Shown piece by piece: positions 1 through 10,913 of a stretch of 64,000 bases of DNA. Below the pieces are notes generated by a model, which saw only the letters and a program-made list of their open reading frames with translations, did no database searches and was not told where the DNA came from. The stretch's first letter is position 1; each line of letters opens with the position of its first letter. The position numbers and the translations under genes are program-made. Source of the stretch: Eukaryota sp. GEM-RC1 (taxonomy: Eukaryota); contig JAUFOQ010000006.1 of the NCBI GenBank assembly GCA_040285855.1, positions 2,046,001 to 2,110,000 on the forward strand, written 5' to 3'.

Positions 1-430
1 ACAATTTGATTGAAGCATCCTCGTGAGACCAGTGGAGGTCAGGTCTGATTCTCTTTAGAAACAAGTTTTCAAAAGAATGTGAGAAGCAAGCGTGGCCAAG
101 GTCGTGAACTAAGCCAGCAACAGTGATGAGTGAGATTTGGTGGTAAGTTTCGCCATCGTAGAGGTTGGGGTTCCCGATGGCCAGTTTCTGGGCCCATTGT
201 CTGGATAAGAAGGCTGTACCTATAGAGTGCTCAAAGCGGGTGTGAGTAGCGCAAGGAAAGGCAAAAACCCCTGTAGAAAGTTGTTTAATGTCACGAAGAC
301 GCTGAAATTCCGGTGTGTCAATGATATTAAAACAATAAGCAGGTAGTGAGATAGACTCATGTATAGAGTCATTGATGACACGATCAAACGGGGGCATGAT
401 AGAATAAGTGACAAGAGGGTTTTGCAGCAT
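1..430 (-). CDS. SAMHD1: SAMHD1-like HD-domain dNTP triphosphohydrolase, 5' part (runs off window start)
   Basis: Not in the ORF track. Manual minus-strand translation gives INDSIHESISLPAYCFNIIDTPEFQRLRDIKQL..FPCATHTRFEHSIG..AGLVHDLGHACFSHSFE..WSHEDASIKL, the SAMHD1/HD motifs. One C is missing in the run at 391-394; start is ATG at 430 or 397. Confidence 0.9.
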   Translation of the reverse strand, partial: MLQNPLVTYSIMPPFDRVINDSIHESISLPAYCFNIIDTPEFQRLRDIKQLSTGVFAFPCATHTRFEHSIGTAFLSRQWAQKLAIGNPNLYDGETYHQISLITVAGLVHDLGHACFSHSFENLFLKRIRPDLHWSHEDASIKL

Positions 431-465
431 GAGGGGACGATTTTGTGTCTACAATTCTTGTTTTT

Positions 466-1041
466 ATGACCACTTTGTCGTGCTGTTTAATTGTCTTTAC
501 AGGTTGCGAACCCATTGAAGCATTCACAGCGGTCGATGTTCTTTCTCGTGCGGGTGTTGATGTAACTATTGCCAGTTTGGAGGAGTCATCATCTGTTACA
601 ACTGCTCATGGAATTGAGATCAGGCCTAAAACTTCCTTGTCATTAGTCAATGAAGTGTTGTTTGACTGTGTCATCGTACCAGGTGGTCCGGGGGCAACAA
701 AACCAGATTTTTATCATAATTCTCTTCTCCATAGTTTTCTCAAAAAGCATGAATCAAATAATCGCTTAATTGGCGCTATCTGTGCTGCTCCTATAACTCT
801 TGCTGAAGCTGGTTTGTTGGAAGACAGGAGAGCTACATGCTATCCTGCAATTAGGGACAAAGTAGAACCCAAATGTAGGGCTTATGCGGAGGATAAGGTC
901 GTTATCTGTAATAATGTTGTCACTTCGAGAGGACCAGGAACAGCGTTGCTCTTTGCTCTCAGTATTGCTAGGCTTTTAGTGACATCCGATAAGGCCAACA
1001 AAATTGCTGCTGATATGTTGTGTGAGGAATTTCTACAGTAG
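466..1041 (+). CDS. DJ-1: DJ-1/PfpI (YajL-like) family protein
   Basis: E-x-x-E near the N-terminus, DVLSRAG, IVPGG, catalytic AICAAP, ATCYP and TSRGPGTA motifs; first ATG at 466. Confidence 0.92.
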   Translation: MTTLSCCLIVFTGCEPIEAFTAVDVLSRAGVDVTIASLEESSSVTTAHGIEIRPKTSLSLVNEVLFDCVIVPGGPGATKPDFYHNSLLHSFLKKHESNNRLIGAICAAPITLAEAGLLEDRRATCYPAIRDKVEPKCRAYAEDKVVICNNVVTSRGPGTALLFALSIARLLVTSDKANKIAADMLCEEFLQ

Positions 1042-1539
1042 TTTTTTTTTGAAAGTTTCTTAAATGATCTTTTCATGTATTTTTTATCAAGGCAATTGTT
1101 ATATTATGGAACAATTTAAATGTACATACTAGTAGTTAACTGAACTGATTTTACCGATTGATTTTCGGTTGTTTAATAACAGAAGCAAAAGTGTAAATTG
1201 GCAACCATATGGAGGATGACCTTCCACATCTCCCTTAATTTGTTCTCTTCTTTCCTTAACTGAATTTGATTGATAATATTCAGCATCAATTCTAGCACTT
1301 TAATTAAATCAAGACCGACTTACTCAATTAGGGTTCAACTATGGCATGAAATCCATGGGCTTTCAATTTTTCAAATGTCAGATCTCTGAATGTGTTATAT
1401 ATTTAAGATACTAGTAATATGAAGAGCAGAACGAAATTGAATAAATTTGGAACAATATATTACATGTTTAAAAATGAAGTATTATTTTGTGTTCAATTTT
1501 TACTACTGTAACCGCTATACAATAATGATCGTAAAATAA

Positions 1540-2247
1540 ATGTTTATTATTCTTCTTTTTCTTCTTTTACTGTTTCGAGTTTTAAAAACACCATCAGGTG
1601 TTCAGGATGCGTTCACAGGAGTTTATCCTAAGGACGTATTTCCTTTTTTCTTCTTTTTTCTTCTTTCACTGTTTCGAGTTTTAAAAACACCATCAGGTGT
1701 TCAGAATCCTTCTTTCGTCTTTTCTTATAACGTCGTTATTTTTACAGTAGTTTCTGTATCAACAATAAATAGCATTTGTCCATACAAAGAGGATTTGACT
1801 TTGTGTGGAGATGTTGAAAATAATCCAGGGCCTGATGACAGAAAGTCTAAGCCAGGAATTTATGTTGTTGTTGAAGATAGTAAATTTTGGCGAAAATTTG
1901 AGTCTCCAAAGTCTTGGAAGCAATACATAGAAAATCTAGAAAAACGACCCGTTTACAAAAAGTGTTATTCCGATGCTGAAGTTGAAGCTTTTGCCAAAGC
2001 TACCTTAAGTCAAAAATCTCAAAACAAAAAAATCATCAACAAATACCCTGCTGATTTTATCAACAACTTTGAAGTCGCTCCTCCACCCTCACTTGCATCT
2101 TGGCCATCACTGAAAGAAACTTACCTAATAAGTGCATCAATTGATCCACTTCCTCAACTTGATCGAGCTCAGCAAAGACGAGTAACTCCTTTTTGGTCCG
2201 AAAGCTCTGAAACTGATCATATTTTCACTGAAAATAATCAAATGTAA
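1540..2247 (+). pseudogene. Decayed ORF with a 2A/StopGo motif and an RNase H1 N-terminal (hybrid-binding/viroplasmin)-like domain; probable 5' part of a retroelement or viral relic
   Basis: LTLCGDVENNPGP with the motif at 1810-1833, then KPGIYVV..FESPKSWKQYI..PVYKKCYSDAEVEAF. An S/T-rich frame continues past the stop at 2247. Confidence 0.6.
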
Positions 2248-3052
2248 CTACTAACATTATTTTCATCAGTTACCAAATCATTTTCCAAATCTTCTATTAT
2301 TTTCGGTCAGCAATTTTCCTTAAATAGACCACCATCTGTAACTTCTGTTACTTCTCAGGAATCAGTCACCAGCCTTATTGTTCCTCATCTTTTCAATTGG
2401 TGGCCAAACTTTGACTGAAAACCCGCAATCAACTTTTACTAATGTCCAAATGAGTGGTGACACGAAACGCCAATTCATCCTCCAATTATCTGTTGGCTCA
2501 GATTATTCAGCTGAATGGATTGATATCATTATAGAACTAATCGTCGTGCTATTTGTTGTTACGGTTTATCAAATTATAACAAACAAGAAATTTTAATGGG
2601 TTATACAATGCATCCTTCAACCCAGCACAAATATGGTTTCAAGTATGGTTTCTTTACCGATATTCGAGTTCTTTTGGCTGATTTAACTAAGGATCCTACA
2701 ATTTTAAAAAGTATTGATTGTTGTGAAACAGTTGTCAATACTCTTAATTCGAAGCTAGCGAGGTATGAGGTTAAGATTCAACTCGAATTTCAAGAATGGT
2801 ACTTCAATAGGCGTCCTTGTTGCCATGTTGGTAATTCAGATATTTTTTAATGGGATCATTATCAGATAAACCTGATTGAAATATTGATAAGCTTCATTTT
2901 GCTGTTGTGAATAGGTATTACCGTTTCCATATCTGTATTCCATGGTCAAAGGTCGTTATGTTCTGTCATAGAAATTTCTGCTATGTTTGACTTAACAATT
3001 CCTACAATAATTAAATTTCAATGTACCTGGTACTGGCAAAATCAGTAAACCA

Positions 3053-3230
3053 TTGTTGTTGGCTGTGTTGACGCCACATAGAGCACAAGTGTCTGTAATT
3101 AATCAGCAGCTGCAGGATAGAGTGGGTCAAGAGTGTCGTACAAAAACTACTGTATCTACTACTGATGCTTTTCAAGGAAGAGAGGGAGATGTTGTGGTTA
3201 TAAGTACAGTACGTACTTTTGAACAAAAAG
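3053..3230 (+). pseudogene. Fragment of UPF1/DNA2-like SF1 helicase C-terminal domain
   Basis: AVLTPHRAQV and VSTTDAFQGREGDVVVISTVR match SF1 motifs IV-V; no other helicase motifs seen nearby. Confidence 0.75.
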
Positions 3231-3746
3231 CAAGAAGTTCAGTGTCTTGGTTTCATATCCTTTCATATTCAGTTATAATTGAAATCTAATTAGTAGTCAT
3301 GAAAATGATGAAACTTTCTTTCATCATCATAAAAATTTAAAAATTTGAGAACAAGAAATAAAAAAAATCTTCTGGTGAAGTCACGCGTACATTAAAAGAG
3401 GAAGAATGGTACTGTTTTATCAATCAGTGATGATTGAGATTGATTGAGCAACTGGTGAGTAAGTAGAAGAGACCATCTAAGTAAGAATAGCGTTCAGCAT
3501 GACTGGCACGGAAGTGACATGGAAAAGACAAGCAAGTGTTCAATGCCAATGTTCTTCTTTATGAAGAACTGTCATTCATATGGAACGGTGACCATTCCTG
3601 GAAGAAAAGTGTGATTCAAAAGTGTGATTCAAAAGTTTGAGAACAACGGAAGGTAGCTGAAACCAATGCAGGGGAGTGAACCCTACTGTAGAGATCTCTA
3701 CAATGGAGATCCAGACTGGTTGAACTTTAAGTCTTGAAGTCTAAAA

Positions 3747-4499
3747 ATGCCGTTTTCTTACAGACCGCTTACTGTCAAATCTTCCTTCCATGCAACACAT
3801 CCATGGATCCTTTTTGTTCCTGGACTCGGATGTACTCTTGACGACTTCCTTCCGATCTCACAAACTCTGTCGTTGTGTTCTTTTGGTGTCGATCTTTCCC
3901 TTTTCCGGTTGAATTACAGTCTTTGGAAGAAGTGTTCGATCCCATTAAACAACTGATCCATCAGATCCAGTTAGATATGAAGATCACTACGTCTCCTCTA
4001 ATAATCGGCCATTCTTTTGGGGGGCTCGATCGCCTTAGTCTGTAAAAGCCTGTCCTTCCAGTCAAGTGTCATATCTCTCGAAGGAAATCTTACTTCTAGC
4101 TGTTGTGGACTGCTAAGTCAGCAGATCGCATCATACGATAGAGCAGAGTTCACATCATCGTTTCAATCCTTTATTGACTCGTTTAAAGACAAAAAAGACT
4201 TGAGATATTGGGCACAAATGGCCAGAAGCTGGAATCCTGAATCACTGCACAATGCTGCTGTCCTCTTGTGCGATTGGTCACATCATCGCACGTCATGCAC
4301 AGATCTTGACAAAGGATTCTTCTACGTTTACGGGGAGAGAACTCGTCCTCTTCATGTCATTTCTCAATTAAAGAAATGTGGATTAGAATGCAACATCTAT
4401 CAGATCAACAATTCTGGACATTTCTTAAACCGAGATAATCCAAATGACGTTTGTTCCACAATTACTGCAATCCTTAACCACATTCAAAATTTAAAATAA
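3747..4499 (+). CDS. Alpha/beta hydrolase (two homopolymer frameshifts)
   Basis: LFVPGLG oxyanion motif; GHS(L/F)GG nucleophile elbow restored across the 4015-4024 T/G runs; C-terminal SGHF. Indels at about 3895-3900 and 4017. Confidence 0.75.
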
Positions 4500-4546
4500 A
4501 AGTCGAAATCCTAAATAATATTATACACCAACAATTACAGCTACAT

Positions 4547-5356
4547 CTACAATGAATTCGTACTATGAAGATTCAACTTGGTTAGACTGCTCTCCAACAA
4601 CTCCAACAAATGTTGTTCTGTCAATTCCCTAGTGCTACGTTCACCTTCTACATCAGTGGTAAGCTTCGAAAAGATGTCTTCTAGCATTCGGATGATGTTA
4701 TCCTCCGTATCCTCTCTAGTCTTCCTCTCAATGTCGATCTCTTTCTTAACGGAAGTGAGCTTGTCATTGATGCGGCGTAAAACAGCATCTTCAGACTGTT
4801 CTCTCTTTGAACTAAGCTGGTTTACTTGATCAAACAGCTTTGGAACATCGATTTGGAGCGCCATACGTTGCCTTTGAATGGATTCAATACGAGAACGAGT
4901 TTCAGACTGGACTTCTGCCTGAAGAGTCTTAATGCGTTCTTCAAAGGTTTTTGTGAATCGATGGTGGGAGTCAGTACGACCTTGGTTTTCTAGTTCTAAG
5001 CTCATTTGGAGACGAGATTCGGTGATCTCAATCTCTTTGCTCTTTGAGGAGGCTAAGAGGTCGAGGGCACGCTTCTCTGATTCAACTCCTTCAGTAAGTT
5101 TGTTAACAGATTCCTTCAAGGATTGGAGCCTGCGTTGATCTTGTTGAACACTAAGAGCGACGTTGTCTTCGAGTGTGCATAGTCTAGAATCGACTTGTTG
5201 CGTACGGCCAGCCTTTTCAGTGTCAATGTTGCATTGAAGAGTAGAAAGACGAGAAGATAAAAGAGATAGACGTTGGCGATTGGGAGAATCAAGTGGAAGC
5301 GAGTCAGTCATAACAGACTTCAAGGGCTTTCTGAAGGAAGTTGGTGTGGACTCCAT
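4547..5356 (-). CDS. SF-assemblin/beta-giardin family coiled-coil protein
   Basis: 269 aa with a short P/S-rich head and segmented coiled coil carrying repeated E-R-x-x-R-E motifs typical of striated-fibre assemblins. Confidence 0.7.
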   Translation of the reverse strand: MESTPTSFRKPLKSVMTDSLPLDSPNRQRLSLLSSRLSTLQCNIDTEKAGRTQQVDSRLCTLEDNVALSVQQDQRRLQSLKESVNKLTEGVESEKRALDLLASSKSKEIEITESRLQMSLELENQGRTDSHHRFTKTFEERIKTLQAEVQSETRSRIESIQRQRMALQIDVPKLFDQVNQLSSKREQSEDAVLRRINDKLTSVKKEIDIERKTREDTEDNIIRMLEDIFSKLTTDVEGERSTRELTEQHLLELLESSLTKLNLHSTNSL

Positions 5357-5443
5357 TTTGACGTTGTAAGAGATCTTTGAAAGAGAAATTCTAACATTTC
5401 TCCTATTAGAAGACCAACCACTAACTAGTATTACACCTAGACT

Positions 5444-6823
5444 ATGGATTCACCCCCACATCTGTCAGACTATGATTCTGCAGATGAAACTTCTGTTAGA
5501 CATCTTCAACGTCAGATTTCCGAGAAAAATTCTCTAATAGATGAACTTGAAGCAGATATCCAAGCACTTCTTAACAATAATTATGAAGATTCTGTCACTG
5601 CCAAAGTTGCTGATCTTGTAAAACGCAACAGAGCTCTACAACTGTCACTTGACAAAGAGAAACTTGCACACCGAAAAACTCTATCTGAACTTCAATCATC
5701 TACTCCTCAGACTACCCCTTCTTCCCCAGAGACTTCTCAAGACTTCCCTAAACAACGTAAAGAACTACAAGACAGAAACAACGCTCTGCTACGTAAGATT
5801 GGAGACCAAACCACCCTTATTGAAAAGTACAAAAGTGAAAACTCTAAGCTTCACCGTATTCTATCAAAAGAACTTGGAAACGTGCCCTTAGATTCTCTTC
5901 TCAATGATTCTATTCCATCGTGGCGAGGTAGAAAGGAGAAGATTGACCATTTAAAACGCCAAGTTCTATCTTTAAAGGAGCGATTGATTCAAGCTAATGA
6001 CCAAGATGAAACTGAAAGTGTTGTTTCTTCAGTTAGCTACGTCTCTTCAGTTACCAGGCCAGAAGACAGAGCTTCAAAGGAAATAGACGGGTACAGAGCC
6101 ATTAGGGAGAAGGTGAAGAGAGAGAAACAGCTGGAGATTGAGGAGTTGCAATCAGAAGTTAATCAGGAAAGAAGAAGAGCTCAAGCTGCGTTAGCTAGAG
6201 TTTCCGTTTTGGAAAAAGAGGTTAGTGAAGTTAAAGCGTCGTTGAAGCATGTGATTATTAAAACTAAGAATGATGACGTTTACATTACTGCCTTGAAAAC
6301 TCAACTCGCCTCTTTGAGCGATGAGGGTCAACAAGAGACAATCAAAGAGTTGCAGGTCACGCGACAACGATTGGATTTGATGGAGAAGAAGTACAGCACT
6401 TTAGCAGCTGAGCTTGACTTGAGAGGTGGAAATCTTGGCAATTCTACCCAAGATACTAGTGCAAGAGTTTTTCAAAAGGAAAATGAATCGCTCAATCAGT
6501 TAATTTCTGATCTGCGTGAGCGATTGACAGTCGCTGAGAAGAAGAGAGCAGATTGTGAGTTTGAGATCAAAAGGATGCTGGTTAAAGGTGGAGTAAGTGA
6601 AGAAGTTGAGTTTCAATCAACGACGGCTGATTCTGTTCTGATGGGAAGGATCAAAGAACAGTTAGAAGAGGAAGTTTTGGTTTATAAGAGGTTGTTGAGT
6701 GATGTTCATTTGTTTTTGAATGGAAGTGGAGAGGAAAAGGCACAGCTATTGGCTGGATTGCAGCAAGAGTTGATTGACAGTCAATCAAGGTGTAATGAGA
6801 TGTTTATTAACACTCGCCAGTAA
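5444..6823 (+). CDS. CCDC13: CCDC13-like centriolar/ciliary coiled-coil protein
   Basis: KVADLVKRNRAL, LSKELG, WRGR and KTKNDDVYITALK motifs resemble the CCDC13 family. Confidence 0.65.
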   Translation: MDSPPHLSDYDSADETSVRHLQRQISEKNSLIDELEADIQALLNNNYEDSVTAKVADLVKRNRALQLSLDKEKLAHRKTLSELQSSTPQTTPSSPETSQDFPKQRKELQDRNNALLRKIGDQTTLIEKYKSENSKLHRILSKELGNVPLDSLLNDSIPSWRGRKEKIDHLKRQVLSLKERLIQANDQDETESVVSSVSYVSSVTRPEDRASKEIDGYRAIREKVKREKQLEIEELQSEVNQERRRAQAALARVSVLEKEVSEVKASLKHVIIKTKNDDVYITALKTQLASLSDEGQQETIKELQVTRQRLDLMEKKYSTLAAELDLRGGNLGNSTQDTSARVFQKENESLNQLISDLRERLTVAEKKRADCEFEIKRMLVKGGVSEEVEFQSTTADSVLMGRIKEQLEEEVLVYKRLLSDVHLFLNGSGEEKAQLLAGLQQELIDSQSRCNEMFINTRQ

Positions 6824-7809
6824 TTTTTGAAAATTTGTACTATATTATTTTAAACGAAACTATTTCGGGTTTTTCAATTATTTTCCAATTATTTAATTAT
6901 TTTGAAAAGGTTCTTCTGGGTTTATTTTTTTGAAGTTGTATATTTCCACTATTTGTTTGTTTGAAGAAACCTTTCTGGTTAATCAAGTTGATCTTGGTTC
7001 ATAACTTGATTTTTATGTTGTTAAATATTGTAGTTTGTATAATGAATTTTTGACACTGATTGAAACAGGGCTACTGGTAAATAAATATAAATTCTATTTA
7101 ATTATATTTATTTTTGACACTTTTGAGCGATCATGCAAATAAAACAAAATACAGTATAAATAAAGACTCTGGGTAAATGCTCCACATTATGCATTACATA
7201 TTCTATTTATTTTGTAAAATGCATGAATGTTTGTATATCTATCATAGATACTTTAGGGTACAAAGGGAAGAGAAATGATTCTTATATATATAATATAAGC
7301 AAGATTTTACTTATAATCCGGATTACAAAGCTGTACCAACACATGTGAGAGAAATAGAAAGGCATATTCCTATAAATGGAAAACACAATACGCTTTTTCC
7401 ACTCAGACATTCGAAACCTACGCTTCTTTTCTTGACAAAGTCATTGCAAAATTGTTCACCAGCAGGACTAATCGATCCAAACAGAGAAACACAAATTTGG
7501 AATACATGTGATAATATATATGTTTAACTGTGTTTATGAAAAACAAACTTGTCTAACAAAAATCAGTAGTACAATGCCACGTCAACACAAGAATCGTGTG
7601 ACCAATGATGTCTTTGTATCTGTATCTGTATTTGGAAATGTTTTCGTGTATTTCCTAGGTATTGTTTTATCATTGCGTGTAGACCTTGGAATCAGATCAA
7701 CGTCGGATCGGATTTATCCTACCAGATCCGAAATATCATATCGGATTTTTAATGATTTTGATATTGTTGTGGACCCAAAATACATTTGATTACTTTACTA
7801 ATACTAATT

Positions 7810-10434
7810 TTGGCTAATCATGATTCGCTTTTGTGTATTTCAAACAAATACCCAGACCTTAAGATAGTTGGCTATATGGATGATATTTCTATTATTGGTC
7901 CCATTGAATTGTTAAAGAAGGTCGCTGTGGAAGTGGCTGATATTTATGAAACATTAGGTTTCTCTCTGAACCCAGACAAATGTTTATCAATTGGTAGATC
8001 TACACAAGAATTATTTATTAATGGAGTTCAGATTCCATTAATTAATTATGTTGAAGACGCTTTTCGTTTTCTAGGATGTTGGCTTGGGATTGTTCCTAAC
8101 ATTTCTCAGGAATTATCGAATTGTTTGGAAAAAATTGGTTCAGAACTCAACACAGTTTCTTTATGTGATATTGAAAAACATATTAAGTTTCTTATTTTTA
8201 AAATTTGCTCCTCCGGAAAAATCACACATCTTTTGAGATCTACTGCTTCTTCAATCGCTCTGAACTTTTGTGGATCTTTTAACGAGTTGAGGATTAATTT
8301 TTTTGCTTCATTGTTAGAAGTTGATTCAACGTTACTTAGAAGTCACTTGTTTACTTCTGCTCATTTTGGTGGTATTGGTTTTACCAAATCTTCAATTCTT
8401 TGCAAATCTGCTTTTTTCGGCGGTGGAAAAAATTTCATCTTTGAATTTGTTAATCGATTTCCTATTGATATTTCACCTATTAACCCCAATTCATGTAAAT
8501 ATTTATTTGACTTAAACGAAGCCTTAATCAAATTACCTTTTGACGTTTGGTCTCAGTGTTTCCCAGAATCTGTGTCTGAAATACCTGAAAGATGTTGACT
8601 AATCTTCAGTTCTGTCTGAAAAAATTACAACAGAAACTCACAATTTTTTTTTGAAAGCTTGGATTATAATGTTCGACTTGGCATGGCCAAGGAAAAAAAC
8701 CCGCTTTTGCAAATTTCTTAACGGATGTTTCTAATAGCTCTGCTTCATGTCTGATTATTCAAATTCCTCAAGTTTACGGTCTTTTTCTTGATGATAACTC
8801 TTGGTCATTAAACATCCGTTTACAGTCATTTATTTGGCCTGATAACCTTCCACATAATTTGAAATGCCAAGGTGGGCAATCTGTAACACCTACACATACA
8901 GTAACCTCTCTAATTGCAACCCCTGTAATTGAAAACTCTCTGAAATTGCAACAAAAACCCATGCCATTGAGTAAAACAATACCAAATTGAAAATTGGAAA
9001 CAATTGAAACAGTTTTTGAGACCTAATTGAAACATTGAAGTCAACTTTATGCTGTATTCTGGGTGTCGCATCTATAGCTAGCTGCCATATATTGATGTTA
9101 GTGTAGAAACAGAGGAAGACGTTGTTGTTTTTCATAAATCCTACAGTACTCTTCTGGTTTTTTCCATCATCAACTTCAATATATCATACAAAGTACTGAA
9201 CATCAACCAAAAGTCAAATACAAAAGCATGCTCGTCAATATTTTGAAGATGATCAAAATACAGAAACTGTAACTGCAGAACCTTTCCGCAAAAAAAAGAA
9301 CTGAATCATTTTTTGAGAATTTTCTCCTATTGTGTTCAAATACTAGTGCATTAGTTTAATGACTTCACTGCTCTAAATCAAGTGATGATAGATCTTCCAG
9401 TAGTGCGGGAAAAAATGAGGGAGCAACATTGGTTCATTTTTTGTCACCCTTACGAAATATGAACGAAACACTGTGTATGTACCATTGTATAATGAGTACT
9501 GTCGATATTATGTAAAAATCTTTTTTAAAAAGCGGGATGATTAATTTGAGTCAAGCTAATAACATTTGTTTAAGTCCGAGCATTCATGGTAGTTGTTTTG
9601 TGGATCAGACTTGTTAATTTGCTCTTGTAGACTACTTAATAACATATTTGATGTTCTGGAATAAGTGTGGAGGTTGTATTTAGTTTAGGGTAGATTTATA
9701 GGAACTCTCTGTAATTGAAAACTCTCTGTAATTGAAACGAAACTCCATTCACCAAGTCGTTTCAATTAGAGAGAGTTTACTGTATATTGAGTTGTAACCG
9801 TTATATTTCTTTTAGACGTGAGGTTCATGATTCCGTAAGGGATCAACTATATCTTTGTGTAAATCTTATGGAATAGTCTCCTTTTTAGAACCAGTTCTGG
9901 CTGGTTTGTTTGATGATACAGATGTTGAAAAATAGTTTGGAAATAGCCGTGGTGATGTCATATTTCCTGGTCTCGATGGATCATTCATTATTGCTGATGT
10001 TATGTCTATCGACGTTTGTAATGGTTCCAACAAGAAACTTGCTAAATTTAATGCTAAAAACCCTCTGTTGATTGGTGAATATTTTAAAAAACAAAAATAT
10101 TGCGCTAAATTGAAATTATTGAGTTCGGTTTCTCACTCGAATTACTTGCTGTACCCTTTTGTATTTTCAATGTACGGTTCTTGAGGTGAATCTGCAACAT
10201 CATTACTGGAAATCTTTGTGAAGATTGTAAAAGAAAAACATCTAGGACTTGTGATCTGGTATGGAAGGTATGGGGACTGCTATAACTAGCACTTTGTTAT
10301 CTCTTGGCAGACATTATGAGGATAAAGTTGGTGAGAGTTTCCAGATAGGCAATCTGGACTTTGAGGATATTGATTATTAGATGTATGTATACTGTAGTGT
10401 TGTTGTCAATAAAACATTTTAAGTTAAAAAAAAA
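7810..10434 (+). mobile_element. 5'-truncated RLE-type (CRE-like) non-LTR retrotransposon, poly(A)-tailed, interrupted by a MITE
   Basis: RT YMDD, FRFLG and GGIG motifs; degenerate CCHC; HDSVRDQL; EP..RGD endonuclease motif; AATAAA at 10408 and A9 at 10426-10434. Confidence 0.85.
8899..9782. mobile_element. Tc1/mariner/pogo-type non-autonomous element (MITE)
   Basis: TA-flanked TIRs CAGTAACCTCTCTAATTG / CAATTAGAGAGAGTTTACTG; removing the element restores the RT frame (THILSCNRYISFR). Confidence 0.85.
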
Positions 10435-10913
10435 TATGGACACATTAGTTGGTATCATTTAGTTATTATTTTTACAAAAGTAGTTACTGAATTTCACTGT
10501 ATTGATCGTAAACCCCGTTTCTGTACTAATATTATACGTTATTGAAAACGATTCATTTGAAAATATGACTGTTGAACATGACTCCTCCCTAAGTAATTTC
10601 GGTAACTACGTCTGTCATAAATTTCTTACTATTCTGCCGTAGACGTTCTCTTGGATTCTGCCGCCAGCAACATCGAAGTCCATTAATTTGATGGAAGAGA
10701 AATGAAAGCACTTATACCACACTTACTCGAATCTTCTTTTATTATTGTTCAATACAGGCATCATCTGTACCATGTGAAAGACTCTTTTCCCGTGTTGGGT
10801 TAATTGTGTCCGAAAAAGAACATCTCTTAAATGTGACACATTTCAAGTATTGGTTTTACTCAATTCATGAACAAAACTTGGATTTATGGTTGACGGTGGA
10901 TTTTTCTCCTGTG

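Noticed and set aside
3604..3636. Tandem 13-mer AAAAGTGTGATTC x2
   Set aside because: Simple local duplication with no further structure.
7066..7670. Possible further hAT end (CAGGGCT at about 7066) and short ORFs 7345-7789
   Set aside because: No matching TIR or TSD found; the ORFs are AT-rich noise crossing an element boundary.
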